A stretch of DNA of 64,000 nt, taken from NCBI GenBank assembly GCA_963783425.1, contig CAWANO010000010.1, forward strand, positions 613,472 to 677,471, in the 5' to 3' direction. The notes beneath the pieces are model-generated. The model searched no databases. It was given only the letters and a program-made list of their open reading frames with translations, and was not told where the DNA came from. Below are positions 9,469 to 17,515 of the stretch, one piece after another (position 1 is the first letter of the stretch; each line of letters opens with the position of its first letter). Made by a program: the position numbers and the translations under genes. The stretch is from an uncultured delta proteobacterium (lineage in GTDB: Bacteria; Desulfobacterota; Desulfobacteria; Desulfobacterales; QNYZ01).

Positions 9469-9889
9469 TTAATCGTATAACAGCGTCATGTTTCTGTAAA
9501 TGTCGCTCTCCCGGTCGTTGTAGCCTTGATAGGAATCGTAGTTATAACCATAGTAGTTGTACTGAGCGTACAGGTTCTGGTAATAAGCATAATAATAAGA
9601 TTCCCACGCGGCATCTTCCTTGGCCGAGCCGCCTGGCGCATAGTAATATGATTGGTACTGATTATTTTTTGCATAGTAGGCGTAATACCACGAGTTGTAC
9701 CGATAAGTACTCAGAACCTGTATCGAGCGCGGCGTCAAAATAATAGCTCGAATAAGCATCATAAAGCCCCGCATAATAGGCATAGTAGCCTGTGGCATAG
9801 TAGCTCGAGGCAGCGGGAGCGGTGCTGAGAATCAGCATGCACGCAAGGCCGAATGCTAAAATAAAGGCTGTGATTTTTCGCTTATTCAT
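9469..9889 (-). CDS. secreted, extremely tyrosine-rich low-complexity protein (apparent 1-nt frameshift near 9700-9712)
   Basis: A GAGAGGGGGG RBS lies 7 nt before the ATG at 9889. The signal peptide is 'MNKRKITAFILAFGLACMLILSTAPAASS'. The Y/A/S/N/G/Q-rich sequence then continues in the +1 frame (track ORFs 9662..9985 and 9469..9798). Confidence 0.6.
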
Positions 9890-10022
9890 TTGGGTTCCCC
9901 CCTCTCTGTGCTGGATATTGTGTTGCGTTTCAGGCCAATGATTTTTCCTTTTTTTGCGAGCTTGACGAACCTCCTTTCGTTGCAATTTTTTTGGTATACC
10001 AAAGCCCTGAACAGCACCGGGT

Positions 10023-10751
10023 CTATTCGGCCGGTTTTGACCCCAAACCCGCCTCGGGCGCTGGCAACTGGAATATCGCCTTAATGTCCTCGTCAGGCAT
10101 TTTTTCCTGCAACTTGGCCTCGATCTGGCCCTGGGTTTCCTCCATGACGCGCATCATCACCTGGGGATCGGGGCGATTCGGGTCTTCGGATTCCGCCTGG
10201 ATGCGCCGCTTACCGTCCGCGGCCACCTCGCGCAGTACATTTTCGAAAATTTCCCGCTTTTCGGGGGTGGTCTCCTTCAACCAGAGCTGCAATGGCGGCA
10301 TTTGTTGGGGGCTTTGGTTGGGGAACGGCTCGGGAAGCGCCAGACGCTGTGACGATTCAGCGCCCGGGGTGGTCCAGGTGGCTTCAGCTTGCCGCTCGGG
10401 TTTGCGCGAAGGCGTCCCCTTCAGGGCATCTTTCATCTCCTCCAGCGACTGGGTAAGTCCAAAAACCTCCCAGCGAAGGGCCTCGATCTTGGGAGTCGGG
10501 TCCACCACTTCCGGGCAGCCGGAGAGGCCCGCCACCTGCGTGGCGCTTGCGGGCCGTTTGGCAAGGGCCGTCTGCAACGACTCAACCTTTCCCCGCAACG
10601 CGGCCACTTCACCCTGCAGCGTCTCGCCGATCGCCCTTACCTCACGGGTGAGCCGGGCGGAATTGCCTCTTGCGATCATAAACAAGGCGACCATAAACAC
10701 AACGGCAATGCCGGATATCCACCACAGGGAACGGTTTGAAGAGGATGCCAT
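10023..10751 (-). CDS. membrane-anchored coiled-coil protein, function unknown
   Basis: It has an N-terminal TM helix ('LWWISGIAVVFMVALFMIA') followed by a charged heptad-like segment. The overlapping plus-strand ORF 9991..10860 is S/R-rich shadow sequence. Confidence 0.5.
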   Translation of the reverse strand: MASSSNRSLWWISGIAVVFMVALFMIARGNSARLTREVRAIGETLQGEVAALRGKVESLQTALAKRPASATQVAGLSGCPEVVDPTPKIEALRWEVFGLTQSLEEMKDALKGTPSRKPERQAEATWTTPGAESSQRLALPEPFPNQSPQQMPPLQLWLKETTPEKREIFENVLREVAADGKRRIQAESEDPNRPDPQVMMRVMEETQGQIEAKLQEKMPDEDIKAIFQLPAPEAGLGSKPAE

Positions 10752-11492
10752 TGAACGTTTCCTGAAAAATCTGTGTGTCGTTTGGGATAACTTTGAAGGA
10801 TTAATGTACGGCGAAAAACAGCGACCGGAAACGGTTGAAAGCAGCTTTGAAAGCCAATGAGCGTAGCTTTCATACGATCAAATGATAACCACTGCCATTC
10901 AGATTTGTCAACCCAAAAGTTACCTCACTGATTACTAAGATAATCATAAAGGCCGATGATATAACAATGCAAAAAAAATGCCCACTATAACATACTGGAA
11001 AAAACCGCTGAAATTCAGGGTGTCAATTATTGCTTGGCGCGCAAGTGCGGTTTTGTTGAACAGCAGCGATGGGTGTTTTGTGCAACCCGCAGTGTGGCTG
11101 TTGGCGGCCGAATTTGGAAAGATTTGACGTCTATGTTTTCCATTATGATTTTACCGCGAAAAATGGTGTAAAAATGTATGCTTTCTCTTAATGGTGAATG
11201 AGAGCCGGCAAGCCAAATCGATGATATATATTCCGGGATTGGGAATTCAATTACCCAATTATACCATTTGGGATTGAAAAAATGGGAATAAAATTACACA
11301 ACCCTAATCTGAGGCTCGTAGTTAAGAGGCAAAAAAAGCTAAAGAGCACTTTATTATGAAACACGAAGGTTGAGTTATGATCATAAACTGATTGACCCCT
11401 TGTAACAATTGTGGTTAGGTTAAATTAAACGAGATTGCCGTTATAAACGTATTTTCAATCAGTTCCGGCCCTTCTGGCCCAAGGAGGCTGAG

Positions 11493-12402
11493 ATGATGTC
11501 ATCGCCCACACCACAACCACCCAAGCCAACGGTTACCGACGCCCGCCGCACTATAAAGTGGGTGCTGATAGTGCTGGTGCTGATGGCCGTGGCCGCCTTT
11601 TTCATATTGCCCCTCAACAGCTGTATCGAGGGTTGCGATTGTGACGAGGAGATCGTCGCGGCTATCGTGGAATTCGGTGAGCCCGACGAGGAAAACCGCA
11701 CCCTTGAAGACAATCAATTTACCGCCGAGTATATTTTCTACGACGCCGAGATCAAAAAAACCTTCGTCTGGGGCAAGGATGTCGACGTTTGCTGCTTGAA
11801 AAGCACTGAAAGATATGCGCCCGAAGATGAGGACACAGAAGATCCGGGCGATGGTGATGAGGACACAGAAGATCCGGGCGATGGTGATGAGGACACAGAA
11901 GATCCGGGCGATGGTGATGAGGACATCAGAAGATCCGGGCGATGGTGATGAGGACATAGAAGATCCGGGCGATGGTGATGAGGACACAGAAGATCCGGGC
12001 GATGGTGATGAGGACACAGAAGATCCGGGCGATGACCCTGTTGCTGAAGCACAGGTTGCCGAAGCCAAGCCGGGCGAAGAGATTGTCATCGAGCTCAAGG
12101 GGGTCGACCGCTCACCGGATTCGGAAACGGTTATGCAGGATGTGATGGCACTAGGGGTATCGGTGTTGCGGGAAGGGCTGACCTACTACCTCGAGACGCT
12201 ACCCGAAGAGGGCCAAATAACCTACCCCGCAGAGGTGAGCGAGGCCGACCTGCCCTATCAGCTCTCCGATCGCTTTGTGGAGTACACGGCGCCGGAACCG
12301 TTTACAGAGAACGATTCGTTCGAGTTCAGTGTCAGCGACGAGGCGGGGGAGGTCGAAAACCGGTCGATCGCTAAAACCGTAACCATTCAACCGGCTGAGT
12401 GA
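11493..12402 (+). CDS. membrane-anchored acidic repeat protein (EDTEDPGDGD repeats), split by a 1-nt insertion in repeat copy 4
   Basis: AAGGAGG RBS lies upstream. The TM anchor is 'WVLIVLVLMAVAAFFILPL'. Track ORFs 11493..11948 and 11815..12402 are the two halves, in frames 0 and +1. Confidence 0.55.
11829..12035 (+). repeat. 30-bp tandem repeat, about 7 copies (GAGGACACAGAAGATCCGGGCGATGGTGAT)
   Basis: Copies start at 11829, 11859, 11889, 11919 (31 bp, extra T at 11926), 11950 (C>T variant), 11980 and 12010 (truncated). Confidence 0.95.
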
Positions 12403-12437
12403 TCGAAAGCCGCCACACCCAACACCGATATAACCCG

Positions 12438-12477
12438 GCGCCTCCTGCTAAAGATCGTTTATGCAGGAGGCGCTTTT
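12438..12477 (+). terminator. Rho-independent terminator
   Basis: An 11-bp stem, GCGCCTCCTGC (14-nt loop) GCAGGAGGCGC, is followed by TTTT. Confidence 0.7.
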
Positions 12478-12533
12478 AATAGTGCCCTGTTCAGTTTCCG
12501 CCGTTTCTAATAGCTCGTAGGTACCACCCAGCT

Positions 12534-13646
12534 TCACTCCAAGGCCTGAAAGTGCCGCATGAACTTGCGGTCGATGTGATCTTTGATCAGAAAGGCCAGG
12601 CGCCCGCCAAAGGTAATCCCGGCCTTGTGGAGCACGCCCTGATCGCCACCCATGTTGAAGATCAGCAGGTAGCTGCCGCCGGGATCGAATGGTGTGAGCG
12701 CCTCGCCCTCCAGGGCCGCCACCAGGTTGGCATAGAGTACGGGGTTCTGGCGCACGGCGTAGACCCCCACCTTGTCCAGAGGCTGGGGCTCAAAATAGAT
12801 ACAGTCGCCCCCGCCGAAAATGCGCTCATCCCCAATGCACTGCAGGTAACGGTTGACCAGCAGGCCGCCGTCGGGTCCGGTGGGCAGCCCCGAGTCGGCG
12901 AAAATCCGTGAGGGTCGCACACCCACCGCCAGGAACACGAAATCGGCCGGGTCGTTGGTACCGTCATCCCGCACCACCACACCGGCCCGAATCGCCGCCG
13001 CGCGAACGCCGTCCAGCACTTCGACACCCCGTTTGGTGAGGATTTTTTTTGCCCGGCGGCGCACGGGCTGCGGAAAGCCCTTCATGAAACGGCTGCCGGC
13101 ATAGACGCGGATGCGGGGATCGTGTTTACCCAGCCGCCGGGCCAACTGCCAGACGTTACCGGCCACCTCTACGGCCGAAGGGCCGCCGCCCACGATGGCC
13201 ACCTGAACCGGGCCGGCAGCGGTCAGTTTTTCGAGGCGCTGCTGTGCCTCCATGAGCCGTTCGATGGGTTTTACGGTAAAAAGTGCTTCCACCTCGCCCG
13301 CCAGGATATCCCGGGGCACATAGCTGCCGGCGTTCATGGAGAGCACATCGTAATCGATGGAGTCGCCCGAGGCCAGATGCACCCGGCGCGCCTCGGCATC
13401 CACCCGCACGGCACTGTCGTGCACGAAGGCGCCGCCCTGTTTTTCCACCACGTGTCGGGTTCGGAAACGAATATCATTGGGCGTGTAGGTGCCACCGAGC
13501 ATACCCGGCCCCATCCCGGAGTAATAGTGGTGCGTGGAAGGCTGTACCACGCTGACCCGGTGCCCCTTGGCGCGGATGGCATGCAGATTGGCCAGGGTGA
13601 CCATGTGGGCATGCCCCCCGCCGATCAATACCAGATGTTTTCCCAT
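12534..13646 (-). CDS. NAD(P)/FAD-dependent pyridine-nucleotide-disulfide-family oxidoreductase
   Basis: It has an N-terminal Rossmann fold ('HLVLIGGGHAHM') and a second dinucleotide fold ('VAIVGGGPSAVEVAG'). It also has 'IFGGGDC' near the C-terminus. Confidence 0.8.
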   Translation of the reverse strand: MGKHLVLIGGGHAHMVTLANLHAIRAKGHRVSVVQPSTHHYYSGMGPGMLGGTYTPNDIRFRTRHVVEKQGGAFVHDSAVRVDAEARRVHLASGDSIDYDVLSMNAGSYVPRDILAGEVEALFTVKPIERLMEAQQRLEKLTAAGPVQVAIVGGGPSAVEVAGNVWQLARRLGKHDPRIRVYAGSRFMKGFPQPVRRRAKKILTKRGVEVLDGVRAAAIRAGVVVRDDGTNDPADFVFLAVGVRPSRIFADSGLPTGPDGGLLVNRYLQCIGDERIFGGGDCIYFEPQPLDKVGVYAVRQNPVLYANLVAALEGEALTPFDPGGSYLLIFNMGGDQGVLHKAGITFGGRLAFLIKDHIDRKFMRHFQALE

Positions 13647-13679
13647 TTAAACCTCCATTGACCGGGGACCGGTCGACCG

Positions 13680-14525
13680 TTACGCGCTTTGAACGGTCAC
13701 CCGATCCATCATTTTGCCCAACACCTTCAGGTGTGTTTTCTCCTCCGAGGCGATCTGCAGCAGGAATTCGCGCGCCGGAGATGCTTCCCGGCGGTCGGCG
13801 GCGCGAAAATAGAGATCCATGGCCTGGGCTTCGATGGACATGGCCATCTGAATCGCCCCCTCGGCGCTGTTCAGGTCTGGTTTGAACAACTCCAGATATT
13901 GTTCAGTGGTCAGTCCGCCTTCAGCCGCCGGCGCCACGATATCGCTTTCGAACGTCTCCCGGTCGACCGGGTTTTCGGCCACCTTGCTGTAGATCTCAAA
14001 CAACCGCCGCTTGTGGCCGATCTCGATATCGGCCAGGCGTTTGAACATATCCTTCACCGCCGCACCGGGCACCCGTTCGGTCATGCTCAGATAAAAATCC
14101 CGTAACCCGTCCTCCAGCGAGTAGCCTAAACCCAGCACCTGTTCGGTGGATTGAATGTCGGTGAAAAGCGCCAGTCCAAGGGTTTCATCGCCCACCACCA
14201 CGTTACTCTCCCAGGCTTTGATGCCCCCTGACAGGTTGAGCACGTTGTCAAAACCCTTGCCGCCCATCAACTGCGCAGCCACCCGGCTGCGGCCGCCCGA
14301 GGCTCAGTAGACCAGGGTTGGTTTTTCAGGATCGATCTCCTTCAGGCGGTCGGACAGTTCCGGCAACGGGATCAGCTTGGCCCCGGGCAAATGCCCGGCC
14401 GCATACTCGTTGGGCTGGCGCACATCCAGCACGGTAACCTCGTCGGCTTTGGCCGCCGCCAACATCTCGCGGCCTTGCTGCGAGTCGATGGATTTAACCG
14501 GTGTGAAAAACTGTTTCCATTTCAT
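13680..14525 (-). CDS. predicted selenoprotein: rhodanese (Sec at the active site) fused to a ferritin/rubrerythrin-like domain
   Basis: Track ORFs 14304..14525 and 13680..14282 share one frame, interrupted only by TGA (14304-14306). Read-through gives 'PTLVY-U-ASGGRSRVAAQL...GGIKAW', the rhodanese CxxGxRS loop with U in place of C. The C-terminal part has two ExxH motifs ('DIEIGH', 'SEEKTH'). Confidence 0.8.
14274..14291 (-). promoter_or_regulatory. candidate bacterial SECIS hairpin
   Basis: The mRNA can fold as CGCAGCC-GGGU-GGCUGCG, a 7-bp stem with a G/U-containing tetraloop. The stem starts 12 nt after the UGA. Confidence 0.6.
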
Positions 14526-14850
14526 CTTGACATTGATCCTTTCACTTGGGACGATTTTGGGGCTCCGTACCTGGTGCCATCATAGAGCGTGGGCCAAACC
14601 AGTCAAGTGGATTGATGACATCGCCGGCGGCTAATTATATCCCGGTGTGAAAGATGGGCTTGAGTTCGATCGGGTTCCATAGTAAATACAGATAGTTTTA
14701 TGCCGGTTTCGTTTTTTCACCGCAAACAACCATCGGTGAGCCTTATTCATAGCTCACACCCCTGAAAACACGAAACACATCGCCAATCTATAGAATCACC
14801 TTATATTTATCCTATTACTGTTTGATTCCGGCCACCGAAAGGAAAACCCC

Positions 14851-15726
14851 ATGATCGATAACGCCGACACACCCCGGGTCAACGGATTTCAATTCTTGCC
14901 GCCCAAGCTGGGAGCCTGGATCAACAGCTATATTCCCGCCGAGGATTTCGAAGGACCCATTCCGTTTCAACCACTCGCCAAACCCCTGGTCGAATCCACG
15001 CTGGCCATGGTCACCAGCGCCGGCATCAGCCTCAAGGGTGATGCGCCCTTCAACATGACACGTGAGCTTGAGGAACCACTGTGGGGCGACCCCAGCCATC
15101 GTTGTTTACCCGCCACCACCACGTCCGCCGAGATCGACGTTAATCACCTCCACATCAACACCGATTACATCAAGCAGGACATTAACGTGATTCTGCCGCT
15201 GCAGCGCCTGGACGAGCTGGTCGGGGCGGGGGAGGTCGGTGGAGTAGCGCCCACGGCCTACTCTTTTTACGGGTTTCAATGGGACCGGGATTCGTTTCTG
15301 GAAAAAAGTATCGCCCCCATGATCGCACAGATGAAGTCAGAAGCGGTGGATGCGGTGTTGCTCACTCCGGCCTGACCGTTTTGTTGCCGGTCCGTGGGAC
15401 TGGCCGCGCGCATGATCGAAGAGGCAGGCATCAGCACGGTGGTGCTTACGCCCATGCCCGAATTTCACCGCGCCGTGGGCATTCCACGCCAGGTGGCCGT
15501 GGCCTTTCCATTCGGCCGCCTGTTGGGTGAGGTCGGTGATGTCAAGACCCAAAAGCAGGTACTGCAAACGGCGCTAGGGTGGCTGGAAATGGCCAAGCGT
15601 CCCGGCCACACCCGTCACCAGCCGCTGACCTGGCCTGAATCGCCCAAGGATACCCATTGGCATCCGCCCCGGATGAGCCCGATCATTAAACATTTTTTGA
15701 GTGAGATTAAAAAAACACCGGTTTGA
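14851..15726 (+). CDS. predicted selenoprotein of the glycine/sarcosine/betaine/D-proline reductase component B (GrdB/PrdB) family
   Basis: Track ORFs 14851..15375 and 15394..15726 share one frame, interrupted by TGA (15373-15375). Read-through gives 'VDAVLLTPA-U-PFCCRSVGLAARMIEEAGISTVVL', which matches the family's 'LLT..U..C....r.iE.aGIptv' redox motif. Confidence 0.8.
15386..15404 (+). promoter_or_regulatory. candidate bacterial SECIS hairpin
   Basis: The fold is GCCGGUCC-GUG-GGACUGGC, an 8-bp stem with one G-U pair. The stem starts 10 nt after the UGA. Confidence 0.55.
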
Positions 15727-15780
15727 GCGTCTTTTTTTGATCACCGCAAAACGGATATTTCGACCATTAGGAGGTGAAAA

Positions 15781-17004
15781 ATGACAAAACGGCGTTGGTC
15801 ACGCAGAGATTTCATTAAAACCACCGGTACGGCCGGTGTGGGTTCGGTCCTTGTGCCGGGGCTGGCTGTGGGTGCCGTGCCGGATCATGGCGACCGTAGA
15901 TGGGCCGCGGCTCCCGGGCAGGTACCCAAACGCCCTTTTGGCCGTAGCGGCATCGAGGTGTCCGTGTTGAGCCTGGGCGGCATGTTCGATATCCCCAACA
16001 ACCAGTTGATGCTGCAACAGGCCCTGCGGCTGGGCGTCACCTATTGGGACACGGCCAACAGCTACGGCTACGGTAGCAGCGAGGAAGGGATCGGACAGTT
16101 CTTCGCCAAATACCCCGAAGCCCGTCAATCGGTCTTTCTGGTCACCAAGTCAGGCCGCGAGGACCCCGAAGCGCTTAGCGAACACCTGGCTCTTTCCCTC
16201 AAGCGCCTCAATACCGGCACCATCGACCTGTTTTTCATGCACGCCCTGAGCAGCACGCGCCCCTTGACCGACGATGTTCGCCGCTGGGCCGAGCGCGCCA
16301 AGGCCGACGGCAAGATCCGGTTGTTTGGTTTCAGCACCCATCGCAACATGCAAAGCTGTCTGCAAGAGGCGGCCAAAATGGATTGGGTTGACGGCATCAT
16401 GATGACCTACAACTTCCGCCTGATGCACGATCCCGAAATGCAGGCGGCGGTCGCGGCCTGCCAGGAGGCCGGCATCGGCCTGACCGCCATGAAAACCCAG
16501 GGTGGCGGGCAGGTTGAAACTGGTTCGGATGAGGCGCTGGCCCTGGGCGGCCGCTTTGTCGAGCGCGGCTTCACCCCCCATCAAGCCAAACTCAAGGCGG
16601 TGTGGGAAAACCCGGCCATCGCCAGTATCTGTTCGCAGATGCCCAATATGACCATTCTCATGGCCAACACGGCCGCGGCCCTGGATCGAACCCACCTGAC
16701 AACCGGTGATCAGCGGCAGTTGGCGCACTTTGCCGAGCAGACCCGCTCGGGGTACTGCGCCGGGTGTGGTGATATCTGCGAATCAACACTGGTTGAGTGT
16801 CCACCGGTGGCCGATGTGATGCGCTACCTGATGTACAGCCGCAGCTATGGCGACCACCGGCGGGCGAGGGCGCGTTTCCAACACCTGTCCGACAAAACCC
16901 GCCGCGCCCTGGCCAAGGCCGACTATGCCGAAGCCGAAAGGCGCTGCCCCCGGAGGTTACCCATCGGCCGCTTGATGCATGAGGCGCTGGCTGAGTTGGG
17001 CTAA
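15781..17004 (+). CDS. Tat-signal aldo/keto reductase with C-terminal Cys cluster
   Basis: AGGAGG RBS lies upstream. The twin-arginine leader is 'SRRDFIKTTGTAGVG'. The AKR core includes 'YWDTANSYG' and 'FLVTK'. A C-terminal 'CAGCGDICES...C' is present. Confidence 0.8.
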   Translation: MTKRRWSRRDFIKTTGTAGVGSVLVPGLAVGAVPDHGDRRWAAAPGQVPKRPFGRSGIEVSVLSLGGMFDIPNNQLMLQQALRLGVTYWDTANSYGYGSSEEGIGQFFAKYPEARQSVFLVTKSGREDPEALSEHLALSLKRLNTGTIDLFFMHALSSTRPLTDDVRRWAERAKADGKIRLFGFSTHRNMQSCLQEAAKMDWVDGIMMTYNFRLMHDPEMQAAVAACQEAGIGLTAMKTQGGGQVETGSDEALALGGRFVERGFTPHQAKLKAVWENPAIASICSQMPNMTILMANTAAALDRTHLTTGDQRQLAHFAEQTRSGYCAGCGDICESTLVECPPVADVMRYLMYSRSYGDHRRARARFQHLSDKTRRALAKADYAEAERRCPRRLPIGRLMHEALAELG

Positions 17005-17014
17005 TTAGAGACGG

Positions 17015-17338
17015 ATGGAGACCATGAACGTTCAGTTTGTTTACATGACCGCCGCCAATCGTGCCGAAGCCGAGCGCATCGGGCGCCATCTGGTGGAAAC
17101 GCGACTGGCGGCCTGCGTCAATCTTATCGAGGGGATGACCTCGATCTTTCGCTGGGAAGATAAAGTCCAAACCGATCAGGAGGTGGTTTTAATCGCCAAA
17201 GGCGTTGCCGACCGTATACCCGCCCTGGTAGCGGCGGTGAAGGCCCTGCACAGCTACGATACTCCCTGTGTGGTTGCCTTGCCGGCTGTCGGCGGCTATT
17301 CGCCGTTTCTGGAGTGGGTTGAGCGAGAGGTCACTTAA
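17015..17338 (+). CDS. cutA: divalent-cation tolerance protein CutA
   Basis: 'AERIGRHLVETRLAACVNLIEGMTSIFRWEDKVQTDQEVVLIAK...HSYDTPCVVALPV' is the CutA1 signature. Confidence 0.85.
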   Translation: METMNVQFVYMTAANRAEAERIGRHLVETRLAACVNLIEGMTSIFRWEDKVQTDQEVVLIAKGVADRIPALVAAVKALHSYDTPCVVALPAVGGYSPFLEWVEREVT

Positions 17339-17515
17339 ACGACGGGCTGGCTTAAACCCGAGTTGAGCGATTTTTTACTCACTCTGCACCAATCTGTTGA
17401 GCGCTAAAGCTTTTAAAAATGCTCGACATATCCAATGGGTATGCCTGCGCTTTTTGAAAACCTTAGCATCTCAATATCTTAGCACATAGCTTCGCGAAAA
17501 ATCGCTCAATGCAGG

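Noticed and set aside
11829-12035. The regular 30-bp repeats as a possible CRISPR array
   Set aside because: The copies are directly abutting with no spacers. They lie inside a coding frame (EDTEDPGDGD), and no cas genes are nearby. This is a coding tandem repeat.
11499-12098. Minus-strand ORFs with SPSPGSS repeats (199 aa and 104 aa)
   Set aside because: They are reverse-complement readings of the 30-bp tandem repeat. The plus strand has the RBS, TM anchor, terminator and a continuing C-terminal domain.
14304-14306. TGA read as a genuine stop, giving a 73-aa truncated rhodanese plus a separate GTG-initiated 200-aa protein
   Set aside because: The stop falls exactly on the catalytic-Cys codon of the rhodanese loop. 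The rest of the domain (ASGGRS...GGIKAW) continues in-frame immediately after it. A SECIS-like hairpin follows, so a Sec codon is the better reading.
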